Position numbers and translations under genes: made by a program. This document shows positions 1-12,683 of a stretch of DNA of 64,000 nucleotides, in pieces; within the stretch, counting starts at the first letter, position 1, and each line of letters starts with the position of its first letter. The stretch is from Azolla caroliniana (taxonomy: Eukaryota > Plantae > Polypodiophyta): the NCBI GenBank assembly GCA_043228905.1, contig JBHGNT010000016.1:8866001-8930000 (forward strand), read 5' to 3'. The notes beneath the pieces were generated by a model, which searched no databases, was not told the origin of the DNA, and saw only the letters and a list, made by a program, of their open reading frames with translations.

Positions 1-2768
1 GCCAAATCTGGGGCACCAAATTGACGCACCCTGAAAGTTAAACAGCATGACATAACATTTACGGCCCCCATGAGAAAGAGAAACAACGGGGAATATAAAG
101 TAGCAAAAAAGCAGACAACTCGTTACTTTCATTTAGAAACCAGATATGATTTCTTATTCTGAAATTCCTTAAATTGTAAATCACAAAACAGATGATAATG
201 GTTCAGGATCAAATCTCCATTTCTACCATCTTCTATCATACGTCAAGGATCTTCACATATAGTCTTGCACACCTCATGCAATAATTCAGTATATGCAGCA
301 ACTTGGACAAATATTTATAATGGTAAAGAAAATGTTCTCCTATGGAGCAACTTGAACAAATGTCTTTCAGATTTCTCCTAAGTTCCAGTCTAATGGGTCT
401 GTGGAAAAGATGAAAGCAAGTCTAATCGCTGAAGAAATGGGCAGCGGAAGGGAGAGGGTTTTGAGGTAACATTTTCTTTGACTGCAAGACTCAAGCCATC
501 CTAACAATATCTGCATACCAGATGGATGCAATATATATGTGAAAAGTTATATATGTATATAATGTGTATATACATATATAGGTATATAGGTATATGTATA
601 TATACATAGGTGTATGTGTATATACATATATAGGTATATATGTATATGCATATATATACATAGATGTATGTGTATATACTTATATATGTGTATATGTGTA
701 TATGTGTATATGTGTATATGTGTATATGTGTATATGTGTATATGTGTATATGTGTAAATAGGTATCTGTGTATATATTGATTACAACCATAGAGAGGGAA
801 TCTTTCCTCATGATCTCCGAGTCTCTAAACTTCTCTTAGAATTCTGAGATCCAGCACTTTCAAGCCACCAAGAGCATCCAAAATCAACGAATAATAGATA
901 ATGGAGTAACAAACCTGTATATCTCATCTATAACCTTAGCAACCTTCTCACGATTCAAAGTGTGTCTTGAAGACCAGTTTTCAAGCTTCAAACCTGCCAC
1001 TACATTACATTCAACATGCAAAAGAGAATAAGTAGAAGATATTGGAAACTACAGAAATGGAATACCAAAAACACACAGAACTAAAGCAATGAAGAAAGAG
1101 TACCCATGGGATTGAGTTGCTGGCTCTCTTGGAGAAGGATTACTGCCATTATTTTGTCTATTAGTGCCTGCTTGTGCAAATAATTGTTATCACCGATTAA
1201 ATTATCAATTGGAAACTCAAATATCTTCCACATAATTAAATCAAATTCATGCACCTGCTTTTTTCCCTGCTTTGCTGCACCAATGCGTGAAAGCACATCT
1301 TTCAACTCCTTTATACGAAATGTTTCCAATTTTTTCTGCCAAGAATAAATTACATGTACAAAGAACAAAATCATGATATGTCTTCTTTGTAGAGACGACT
1401 ACGCAGGTTCAAAGAAATAACACTTCATTGTGAGATTCCATTAAGGTAGATTGACAGATGAGCTAACATGCCAAGCATATTGTAAACTTTGTACATTTAG
1501 CCTGCGCTGTGCAGTTAGAAAATAAATGATGTTTCACATTCTGAGCATGATAATATGGGAGTGCCTACCAAAGTGATAAATCAATACATACTGCATTTTT
1601 TTCAATATTGCAAATCTACGCATAGCCAGAATGTAAAGCTAACATGCACGTTCAGTAGCTAAATGATGCTTAGAGGCCATGTGTCAACACATACGGAATC
1701 CTTATCTAAGTAATGAATCAAGAGTCACTATTTTTCCTTTTTGCAGGTTTAGGCATATAGCTGGCATGAAAGCCTAACAGAATTTTTCTATACTGCAAAT
1801 CTAAGCAAAGCCAAATATAAACCTATCTTGCACATCCTGTAGATCCATGATGCAAAATCTACCTGAGAATTGAAAATCTACTTTGAAAAATTAAGCACAG
1901 TCAGCATGCAAATTTACCTTGGACTGTATATCCAGTAGATCCATGATCCTTAAGGACAGATTTCCATACATCACAGATGTCTACTTACGTAATGAATCAA
2001 TAGTCAAAATGAAGTTTTTGTCTATTTTTGGAAACCTACCTGAATTCATTGTTAGAGAAAAAACTTTTCTTGCCTATTTTGAACATTTAAGTAATACTAG
2101 CATGGTACTCTACCTTGCAATGTGCATCAAGGAGATCCTGCTTGACAGACCACTTCGACGTAGGACTATTGAAGAAATTAAGTCATAGTCACATTATAGT
2201 TTTTTTTCTATTTTGCAAATTTAAGCATATCTAGCACAGAAATCTCACATTTCTTCTATTTTGAAGATTTATGCATAGATGACATGGAAACATACCTGGA
2301 CTTGCAAATTTAAGAATACCTAGCATGGAATCCTACCATGCATTGTCAATGAAATGAATTTATAGTCACATCCTAGGTCTTTTTCTATACTGAAAATATA
2401 AGGATAGCTTGCATGTAAACCTCAACATTTCTCCTATTTTGCATACTAAGCATAGCTGGCATGGAAACCTACTTGTACTGGTCATTTTTCTCCTATTCCG
2501 CAAATTTTAGCATCGCTTGCATAGAAGTCTCATTTGTTCTTCTATATTGCAGATTTAAGGCATGAAAACCTACCTGAATTCAGCATTTTCAATCTATTTC
2601 ACAAATTTAAGAATAGCCATCATGGAACCGCAATGTTTCTCTGTTTCCTAGATTTAAGGATATTTGGCATGGAAAACTACCTGAATCCATCATTTACTCA
2701 TATACTTTGCAAAGTTAACCATAGTTGGCATGGAAACCTACCTTGCACTGCGCAGCCAGAACGTCCAT
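1..2768 (-). CDS. SIZ1: SIZ1-type SUMO E3 ligase, 5' exons (gene runs off the window start)
   Basis: GT-AG exons 2768-2742, 1335-1255, 1167-1104, 993-915, 30-1 splice to [47 protein letters not shown]...REKVAKVIDEIYRVRQFGAPDLA, matching the N-terminal SAP domain of plant SIZ1 ([18 protein letters not shown]). Confidence 0.88.
392..530 (+). mobile_element. Tiny degenerate Copia reverse transcriptase remnant in a SIZ1 intron
   Basis: Frameshifted translation NGSVEKMKASLIAE..QRKGEGFEVTFS...AYQMD resembles Copia RT GSVERYKARLVAKG..Q..GIDF.ETFSP...HQMD. Confidence 0.45.
530..778. repeat. TA/TG-rich microsatellite including (TATATGTG)n
   Basis: Directly visible in the sequence. Confidence 0.95.
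1480..2745. repeat. Degenerate tandem array filling SIZ1 intron 1
   Basis: Recurrent unit approximating TTCTATTTTGCAAATTTAAGCATAGCTGGCATGGAAACCTACC from about 1600 to 2745, plus an exon-1-like segment at 1501. Confidence 0.7.
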
Positions 2769-3455
2769 GATGTTGGGAGGACACGTTTCAATACAGAAAA
2801 AGTGTACTTCGAAGTGAAGAACTCATAGTCACAGTTGAATTGTGGTTCTTCTTTGGATTTCCTCTTTAAACCAAAACTGGGAGATGGACGCTGTTGACAC
2901 AGAGAAGGGAATGCGATTTGAATACAGAAAAAGAACCTAAACGATTGAATCGTGCTCCTTCTACGAAATTCTTCCTCGAAATTCTTCCTCGAAACAAGTA
3001 AAAAAAAAGGAGGGACGGGGTCTTCAATCGATGCTGTGCAGACAGGCAGAGGAAAGGGAGTGGTGGAGATGGATCGGTGCAGACGGCGCAGATGAAACGG
3101 CCATGCGGGAGACGGGGAGCAGAAGAAAGCTTCTTGCGAAGAATCAGTGGCGACAGAGAGAGGGCGGAGGAGGAGCACAGGACCGGATGACTAGTTGGAC
3201 TGAAGGCTTTCTAGAGAGAGGATGTGAATGGGAATTTGATGGGCTAAGAAGAGAGAGGATGTGAATGGTACTTACTTTGAGGATGGGGGGGTAAATATGC
3301 TACAAAATCAGAAATAGGCATATGGCAAAGGGAATCACGGCCATGGACGGTGCAAGGCGTGTTTCCCACGGCACGTGCAATCTACACCGTTAGATCTACA
3401 CCTTTAAAGAAATGCTCGTTTGGTAGCCTAGCTTATTTCCGCAGCTCGACTCTCT

Positions 3456-3960
3456 CACTATAGTAGTAGCCCGACTCAAATCCGTAGCCCAACCAACTTA
3501 GGGCAATAACCCAACCGACTCAAGACAGTAGCCTGACCATCTCAAAGCAATAAACCAACCATCTCAAAGTAGTAGCCGACTATCACAAAGTAGCAACCCA
3601 ACTCAAATTGAATCATATTTGTGTTGAGTTTCAAAAAATTGTCCAAAAAACAAATTTGACATCAAAATCCTTGAGTTTTAGAGTTATAAAATTTTCACCA
3701 ATAAAATTAAAACACACGCAAATCATCTTCCCAATGTACTCCAAAAACCTAAAAATGAAAATTGAATCCATACAAAAGTAGAGATCATCTGAACTCTTGT
3801 GTTGAGGTTGGCCAATTGTGGTAATGTTGGTCGAGCTACTCATTAATGAGTCATGCTACTGCCTATGATAGGGCTACTCATTAATGAGTAGGGTTATTGC
3901 CTAGAGTTGGGCCACTCATTAATGAGTATGGCTATTGCTTAGAGTCAAGCTACTCATTTT
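3456..3960. mobile_element. Non-autonomous DNA-transposon/foldback-like relic
   Basis: Starts with CACTA at 3456. The left arm repeats AGTAGCCCGACTCAA-like units and the right arm repeats their reverse complement (GAGTC..GCTACT), with three palindromic ACTCATTAATGAGT copies. Confidence 0.45.
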
Positions 3961-4029
3961 CATGTCATTATTTCAAAATACCTTTTGACACCGTTGGCAC
4001 CATATATACAATTAGACGCCATATAACCA

Positions 4030-4872
4030 AAAATATTTATACTTCCATTAGTTAAGAAAAAATACATAGGATAATATACAACTCATATGTTACAAGCCAC
4101 TTTGCATGGCTACAAGAAAACAACATGTATAAATGAAGCAACAAAGCCTTAGCACCGAATTACTCGACAGGATCCCCACAACATGAGCCTCACATAACCC
4201 ACATTCAGCAAAGACACCCTCCAATCTCTTCACAATTCAGCACCCGTCTCTATGTTTGGTAACCTTGGAGGAAACAGCCACCGAAGTGGCTGATAAATCC
4301 ACTTTGCATTGGCATCCACCACTTGTAGCATCAAAGAACCTCTCCATTTAAGAAGGAAGCGGTATCTAGTTTATTCACTCACATTAGAGGGCCCCTAAAG
4401 GCTCTCAAACTTTCCTTGTAGCATAGAAATCAGATTAAACCAAATCATCATTAAACTCTTAACTGATGGGGTTCACTTCCTGGTAAACGACTCCTTGCAC
4501 CTAGATACCCACACTTGCCAAACAATAAGGCCAGCCACTAAAAACCAAATATCTACATATCATTCATGTATGTAGAATGAACCTCCTTGAGCTGCAGGTT
4601 GTACAGTTCCATTCACCACCTTTAAGAGAAGGAATATTTCCATTCCACCCATGAAACCATGAAGTCGATTCAATAGCTAACCAAGCAACTGTTGCACTTG
4701 ATCTTAAGCTCCTCGTCCAGACTTCTTGGGCTCACGGGCAACTCCGCAAACAATGTGTGATGTCCTCCAAACTCGTTCCACATGCCTTGCAATTACTCAT
4801 GCCACCCCTTTTCCCCAACCACTCTCCGGTTGGAACAGCCTGATGGGTGATTAACCAAAAAAACACCTTGAC
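4030..4872 (-). mobile_element. L1-clade LINE 3' fragment (zf-RVT region)
   Basis: VKVFFWLITHQAVPTGEWL....SNCKACGTSLEDITHCLRSCP fits the zf-RVT CCHC pattern; downstream sequence is degenerate. Confidence 0.75.
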
Positions 4873-5886
4873 TGTTAGAACCAAGAGAAAAGATAGAGTG
4901 ACAGAATAAAGATATAAAGAGATCACAAGAAGAGAGGAATGAATGTATTAAAGTAGAATGAGAATGGATACAAGATAGGCGATGACAGTTTAAGACTTTT
5001 GTCCGTCGGAATAGTAACCGACGGACAGGAGCGCAAAAATATAGAATATAGTAAAAACGCAATGCATGTAAAACGGTTCACGCAGGAAGCGTGAACGGCT
5101 AAAAGACCTTGTCTGTGTATATAAAGGGCAGAAATCCTCTGATAGAGGTAGCGTGTAAATTTTGGTGCATAGAGCGGATCTTAATAGAGTTTTATCTTCT
5201 CTGATATCTTGTGCATAGCAATGGTTAATCTATTGTGTGTCTGTGATTCTTGGTGGCGTATTGCAATCATTGTAATCGTAAGAAGCGTAGGCGTAAGTGC
5301 GAGTGTTGTGACTAGTGCACTAACTAGGGAGTTCGATTGTAGCCGTCTCTCTTATACACTACTAGGATACGGAGAGTTATCCCATTACGTATTACGGTAC
5401 GATGGTACCATTCGTGGCCACGCAGTCACCTTGAGGTCTAGGTCGAAGGATTGACTGAAGATTGTGTTCCTAATCGGTAACACTTTTGGCACGCTTGGTG
5501 ATTTGTGTCTTCTCACAGACGAACAACGACGAATGGATGTTTAGCCGCAGACGTCCCAAAGAACCAACACGACAAGACTGACCAATCACAAGGTCCATCA
5601 CACGCTAGGCAGAGGAACGCGCATGGCAAAAACCTCGCCTCAGTGACCTCAGTGACCTCAGTGATACCTGTCGGGACCACAAAGACGACTTTCCGCTGAC
5701 CAAATACCTCGGCGACACAAGCACCGTGGTCCTTCCCTACCCTCCGTAGTGTCCAGCATGGTCTTCTAGTATCCTCGCTTCAACGGCGAAACCGACGCCG
5801 CAACCCACATTCGCCTGTTCCTAAATGTCTGGAATGCAAATCACATGGCGCAGAGCCTTCCCGAGGAAGTTGCGCACTAGTCCAAA

Positions 5887-7455
5887 ATGACAGAGTTCGA
5901 ATTAACTCTGGATGGGAGAGCGGCGTTTTGGCATTCGCAGATGGATTTGCTAGCAATCAAGACATTCGACCAGCTGCAGTCAACCTTTTGCGTTTCTTTC
6001 ATCGGAAGGTGTGGCAACGCGAAATCCTCGGGCAGTTTTATACAATTAAAAAAATTGTTGGCCGAGACTGTAGCGGATTTCAGTTTAGGCTTCCAAAATC
6101 TACGACGGAAATTAGAACGGGGCCCGACGAAGGACGAGGCTCAAGAGACATTCCTGGCAGCTCTACGACGACCGATACGGAGGACGCTCAACAACAGTAG
6201 CGTGAAAGGAGAAACGACTGACATGGTCATAGAACGAGCGCTACAACTCGAGTTGGACGACGAGGAAGAAAGGTTTTCCATGTCCTCCTTATGGCAAGCG
6301 TTACCTCAGGACGAGGAATGCCACTTCCGCCAGGCAATCCAGTGCACGATTTGCTTGAATTCTGGGCATTTCGTAATCGAATGCAACATGCGAATCCACT
6401 GCCCAATCTGTCACTCGAAAGCACACACGGTTGAGCAGTGTGAATACAATATGTTGAACAAAGCCATGCCCACAATACGAAGCGTGGAAACACAGCGCCC
6501 CCCTCGTCATAATGAGCTAAGGCGGCAAGACTAGCGACCTCGGTATATGGATCGGAACCCACGTGATGACCGGCACTACTGGAATCGCCGAAATAACAAC
6601 AATTCCGAGGAAGACGAGCCAGAGGATGAAGACGACTGTGGCAACCACAAAAACACTAAAGGGGGCCGACGCTACGAGAATTACTGTCCGACGAACAAAC
6701 GGGGCGGCTTCAATGGGCCTCGAGGAAAACATCGTCAGTATCGGGACCAATGGCGGTACGACGAAAGTTCGGACGATGACTAGCACTAGGAACCGCATCG
6801 GGACCAACAACAACCACCGCGTACGCTCCGAAGAATGAACCAGGACCGGGAGGAGCAAGTCACACCTGGGGATCGCCACACACCAGTAGTTGCCGAGAAA
6901 GGCGAATCTAGCATCCATTGTTTTGTTTGCCAACAACGCGGACATTATGCCACGCAATGCCGATTACGCAAGGGCAAGGGGCCCGCCGTCAATACGATTA
7001 CGGCGGAAGTGCAGCAAGTCACGACACGACAACAAACAAAAAATGTTCATTGGGCCGCGCAAGCTGAGATACGTCAGACGGCCCAAGCATGGGTTGAAAA
7101 AGCAAACGCGGCAAATACGGAACGCATGCGGAAGGAGTCCGCAAACACGATGGAGCTGTCAGAGGAAGATGTAATATCTCCGGATTGCATATGGCAAGCA
7201 TTGACAGGCTGTGAGATAATGTTAACCATGGAGAAGCTACTTCAACTAGTCCCACGGTTCCGCCAGGCCGTGAAGGATCGTATAACAGGCAGGCCTGGGA
7301 TAAGCGTCTCCGCAAATTTTACGAACATCAGCGTCAAACCAACAGTGGTGGATCACCACAATCCGACTATTAAGTTGATACTACACGGTCAGGAAATCCC
7401 AAGATGCGTAATTGACGGCGACTCTGGCATCAATGTAATTAGCGCGAAGACATGA
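5887..7455 (+). pseudogene. Degenerate gag and truncated aspartic protease of the Gypsy element
   Basis: CTICLNSGHFVIEC, CPICHSKAHTVEQC and CFVCQQRGHYATQC zinc knuckles, then a protease motif cut off after ISAKT; internal stops and frameshifts. Confidence 0.85.
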
Positions 7456-10165
7456 TCACAGAGCTCAAGTTCGCCATAGCCAGCAGTCCTCACCCATCAG
7501 CCACGAGCCTCACCATCCGACTATGCCGATACCTATTTCTGTCGCCTTGCGTCGATGGCTCATGGAGAAACGCTTGGATGGATACATTAGAGTCGTCGAG
7601 GCACCTCCCCACCCTTACGCACTGGACATCGGTCGGAAGCTCAATATCGACACGGTCACCAACACATCCATCTGGAAAAAGCTTGACCTGTCATCACTAG
7701 GAGAAAGGCCTTTCGAAATCCCTCCTGCGGAAACTTTGCAGAGGTATTTCGGGCCATACTCGGCGTCCGCCAAGGCATGCAGAACGAAGGAAATCCCCGA
7801 CCCCTTTTTCCGCGAAATAGCCAAGTTTCTGTTGGAGGTCGGATGCGTACATGTAAACGTGTATGGGATGCCCAAGCAGAAGGCAGGTATCATCATTCAT
7901 ACCTTTGAAGGGCACACGGTCAATTGGGGGCTCATTACGGGACGAGCGTTGTAGGAAGGCTTGCATGCATATCAAGGAGGCAAAAAGCTAAGGCCTATCA
8001 TACAACAGTATCTGACGATATTATTCCCACCCCGAGGACTGTCGGCACCGTAGCCCAGCAGACCCACACCGCCGCCACGATCCGCGAAGAGAAGGTTAAC
8101 GGAGTTGGCCACCACAGAGTGGGAAGATGAGCCCCAATTAGCTTAGACAAACACACAAACAACGTAGGAAGAATGGGCGGAGCGGAGCGAGGAAGCTACG
8201 TAGAAGCCAGAAGCCGAGCCAAGTCAAGGAAGCTCGAGGCTGAAACGACGGAGGTTGGGCATGAAAGATGGGCGCGGGTTAGTTAAAGACACACTCGCAA
8301 CCACAGAGACGACGACCGTGGTCGACAGCTCCATAGTTACGGAGCCCAACACGACCTTCGAAGTAATCCGGGAACCACGACCGATCATTATGGCCCAGTC
8401 ACAGCGGGGGAAAGGCGTATTTACAGCGAAAAGTGAGGTCCTGACATATCCGGATATTCCGAACACGGCCCATGAGTTCGACGCACTATTATAGTTCGGA
8501 ACCACCTTTGAACTCATGGAATTTTTGGCAACACAACAAATAAAAGTCTCACAACGTATGGTCGAGGAGCACGCGGAGCGCCAAATGATCGAGCGTGCGC
8601 TAACACAAAAGACGGAAAGAGATGATGAGGACCAGTTAGCCCGAGTCGGCAAACAACAGAACGCCATTATATGCCGAATGGGGATGGAACTACCCCCATT
8701 AAACACGGCCCTTGTCGAAGTTCATAGGGAACTAGCGAAGGTTAGTATGGGCGCCAAGGATATGGCGATTAAAAATAAAAATGTTTGGAAGACTGTTAAA
8801 CTGACCCAAGCCGAGCTACAAAAGGCCAATGCACACATCGTGGAGTTGAAACGTAACGCAACTATGGTGCAGCAGACAACGCAACCAACAACCAACGCCG
8901 CCAAGGCCCTGAGAGAAGAAATTGAAGCCCAGACCGCCATTACCTCGAAAGCAAAACGGATCGTGCAACTAGCGGAATCGGAGATTGACCATCTCCGCTC
9001 CGAACTTCGCCAGTCCTCAGACAGAGAAAAGGACATCTGGGCCAACGGCTGAAAGGCAGTGAAGACCCTGGAAGAGAAACTCGTAGCAGAGGCAGCATAG
9101 CACAACCGCACGAAAGAAGAAAACGCCAAACTACGGGAGGAAGCGAAAAAATCGGAAGCAACGATTACGGGACTTCGGGTGTTATTAGACAAGAAGAAAG
9201 CATGGTTCGACGAGCAGCTGGTAGGCGAACAGGAGAGGAGGCATCAACTCGAAATCCGCTTGAACAATGAAATGGGAAAGCTAGAAGAATTACATTCGAA
9301 GGAATCTCAACTATGGGTAGTCATGTGGAGCACTTATGATGAAGCGGTGGCGGTTAGTAAATAAGAAATCGACAACCTCAAGAAAACCGTAGAAGAAGCC
9401 CGCAACCGTTGCCAAACAATAACCGACAACGTGCGCATACTTCTTCAAACAAATCGGGAGAGGTTTACAACGCAATTAAAAGCGGCGCTAGACAAAGGTT
9501 GGATGGCGTGGGCCGCACAAGCGGCGGAATTGCATACATACCGGGCGAACTGGGAGAACCGAAGGAAAGACGGCTGAGGGTTCTACAAGGTCAATGAGGA
9601 AAGCATTGCGGTAGTATGCGAGGACCTAGTACAGGACTATCGCACGCTAGCGGACCAACACTCCTAGGAACTCGCGCAACTACTAGAAGATTTTGGCGAA
9701 AGTCAGGAGGACCTGTTTCACCAGATCATGCAAGCCGGCAGCATGCGAACAAACGAGGAACCCATTGCTATACCAACTCCAGATACTACCGAACAAGAGG
9801 AACCTCAACCCATGTCACCAGAAATAATCGCCACGGTGGACAGCACGGAACGACAATCAAAGCCCCCTGCGATACCAGAAAGTGAAACCGTCAACCAAGA
9901 GGAACCCCAGCCTCATTCACTAGAGCGTACGACTACGGTCGACACCACGGAGGAGGTTACGGACGAGACGGAACCTCGACCTACCGCAAGCCTGCCGGTG
10001 GCCGAACCAACCACAATAGCACAAGATGAGCCAGCAGAGCCCGGACCGCCCACACAAGAAGCCAACGACACCATGGGAAGCCCTACCGAGCAAGTAGTGG
10101 TGGAACCACACAACAACGAGCCTACGGACACCACGCCATCCCCGGACCCAAACACCGAAGCATAA
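7456..10165 (+). pseudogene. Extra 3' ORF of the Gypsy element: globular N-region, long coiled coil, P/T/E-rich tail
   Basis: Consecutive + ORFs (7523, 8255, 8516, 9179, 9728) separated by single stops or frameshifts; heptad-like E/K/A/L-rich stretch at about 8516-9480. Confidence 0.7.
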
Positions 10166-11147
10166 CCAAACATCAGGGCCATTTTGGAGGAAGATTAAAG
10201 GGGTGGGTCCGACGTGCCAGGGCACTGTCCCACAAGCGTGCCAGGTGTTGTCCGTCGGAATGGTAACTGACGGACAAGAGCGCAGAAATATAGAATATAG
10301 TAAAAACGTAACGCATGTAAAACGGTTCACGCGGGAAGCGTGAACAGCTAAAAGACCTTGTCCTATGTATATAAAGGGAATAAATCCTTTGATAGAGGTA
10401 GCGTGTAAATTTTGGTGCATAGAGCGTACCTTAGTAGAGTTTTATCTTCTCTGATATCCTGTGCATAATTGTGGTCAATCTACTATGTGTGATTCTTGGT
10501 GGTGTATTGTAATCGTTGTAATCATAAGAAGCGTAGGCGTAAGTGCGAGTGTTGTGACTAGGGAGTTCGGTTGTAGCCGTCTCTCTTATACGCTACTAGG
10601 ATACAGAGAGTTATCCCATTACGTATTACGGTACGACGATACCATTCATGGCCACGCAGTCACCTTGAGGTCTAGGTCGAAGGATTGATTGAAGACCGTG
10701 TTCCTAATCGGTAACAAAGACTGGTGTTGATTCGAATTGATTTGAGAATACATGTATGCCCCTATTTACAGGTTCCTATAGAATAGCCTAGAGATTTCTA
10801 TAATGTTCTAGACCTAGAATATTCTAAGATGTTCTAGGATATTCTAGAATGTTCTAGAATATTCCAAAGTATTTACAATAATCAATGTATTAACATGATC
10901 ATAGTCTATCTTAATGGTTGGGTTCTTGATTATGTATTACGAGGTCTTGGGTTCAAGCCCAAATGAAGCCATGATGTTTATGTATTCATGACACAACACT
11001 GGGTCATTTAGAACAGGTAATATGTTGTATTCCTTTATTGAAAAATACATGAGATGTCAAGATTTACAATTTTTTAACAAACTTTCAAGAATGTATCACT
11101 CATGCGCACATGACTTTTAAAAACATCAATAAAAACACAAGTAATAT

Positions 11148-12199
11148 TATGGTGTGCATGTATGCCTTTGTGCCACTCTTTTAGCACACCCTTTTTAGGA
11201 TGCATGTACCTAAGCCGACCCACCCTTTTAGCATACCCTTTTAAGCTAAGCCAACCCAAATGGGTACCTTTGTATAAACTATAAATTGAGTAAGAAGTAA
11301 GAAGCTAATTAGACTGGTTTTGATCTCTTATGTGCATTTCACATATTGGTGGAGATGCGGGGTACCAGTCCCCCACGTCCAAGCATCCACCTCTTCCCCC
11401 TCACCTTAGGTTGCCCACTAACTTCTTGTCCCATGAGTTTCTCCGATCCCCCTCCTACACGATAGCCCTCTTGCCCCCCACCTCAGCCAAGTCTAGGTTG
11501 TGCTCAGTCCACAGGAGAGATTGATCTTCGCTGCCATATGATCTTTCCTCGATTCCCCTCCGACACAATAGCCCTCATGTCCCCCACCTCAACAAAGTCC
11601 AGGTGGCCCTCAGTCCACATGAGTGATTGATCTCTATTCGCCGATTGCTAGCTCGTTTTCCGTCACTAGCCCCGTCCAACTATCAAGGCCAACAGTTCCA
11701 CGGGAATGTCCTCAACCTCATTGCAACTCAACTATGTGTCCGTAGATGTTTACATCCCCACGCCATCTTCACCGAACGCCTCAACAAGACCCTCAAACAC
11801 GAGATGGTTGCATAAATCAACCCTTTTTGAGCATTCTATGGGCGTAACCCTCGCCTCGCACTAGAATCATCCATGGATTTCCATTTGAAACTTGCCATCA
11901 GTTGCTCCCCCTCCTTCGACAAGCCACTGTTCTTGTTCTTGTTCATGTACCTTTCCTATTCTTGTTCATGCTCCTCAATCTCATGTTTCTCGCAGGGGGG
12001 AAATGTGGTGTGCATGTATGCCTTTGTGCCACTCTTTTAGCACACCCTTTTTAGGATGCATGTACCTAAGCCGACCCACCCTTTTAGCATACCCTTTTAA
12101 GCTAAGCCAACCCAAATGGGTACCTTTGTATAAACTATAAATTGAGTAAGAAGTAAGAAGCTAACTAGACTGGTTTTGATCTCTTATGTGCATTTCACA
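11148..12199 (+). mobile_element. TRIM-like miniature LTR element with tRNA-Ala primer site
   Basis: 196-bp direct repeats 11148-11343 and 12004-12199 with 2 visible differences. PBS TGGTGGAGATGCGGGGTA is complementary to the plant tRNA-Ala 3' end. PPT AGGGGGGAAA abuts the 3' LTR and ATAT flanks both ends. Integrase remnants TERLNKTLK and PF*AFYGRNPRL lie inside. Confidence 0.92.
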
Positions 12200-12683
12200 A
12201 TATTATTAAGATTTCAAAGTTAACCTATATTTTCTAAAATCATACACATATTTATCCAAACATTCACTTTGATTACGAGAATGCTTTCAACTATCATTAA
12301 AATATGCTTCACTTTACACAATGTCGAATTTGAATCCAATTCAACAATTTTAGAAACACAATTTTAATGCTATATTTCTCTATAACTCCTATAAAGTTTG
12401 TTATGATAAATGAACGAATTGCATTTTTCGGTGTAATTAGAAACATATCCACACGTGAATATCACTTTATATACCTCTCATGCTCAAAAACTTCTACAAA
12501 CATTATATCTCACTATGATATGAACAACCTACATGTAAGTTCACCAAATGTATGATAAACACTCAAAGTTATCAAACCAATGAGATAGTGCAAAGAAATG
12601 GTACGCAAACAAAATAATCTTATATTCCAAAAGAAGTCTAGTGTTACAATTTTATATAGTAAAAAATACAAACTAATATACAA

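Larger units (their letters stand above)
4997..10716 (+). mobile_element. Ty3/Gypsy (probably Tat-like) LTR retrotransposon, internally deleted and non-autonomous
   Basis: LTRs 4997-5482 and 10246-10716 are highly similar and end GGTAACA. TSD AAGAC at 4992-4996 and 10717-10721. PBS-like TGGCACGCTTGGTG follows the 5' LTR and a purine tract lies at about 10188-10207. Gag zinc knuckles and protease VIDGDSGINVIS are present; RT, RNase H and integrase are absent. Confidence 0.92.
4873..10993 (-). mobile_element. Older LTR-like sequence (4873-4996 plus 10722-10993) split by the 4997-10716 element
   Basis: Begins TG at 4873, carries a reverse TATA-like CCCTATTTA, TTCTAGAAT repeats and ends CA near 10993. 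No TSD found, so the ends are uncertain. Confidence 0.4.

Noticed and set aside
2770-3264. ORFs 2738-3178 (-) and 3031-3264 (+)
   Set aside because: They fall in the SIZ1 5' leader/promoter, have no recognisable domain and show biased composition.
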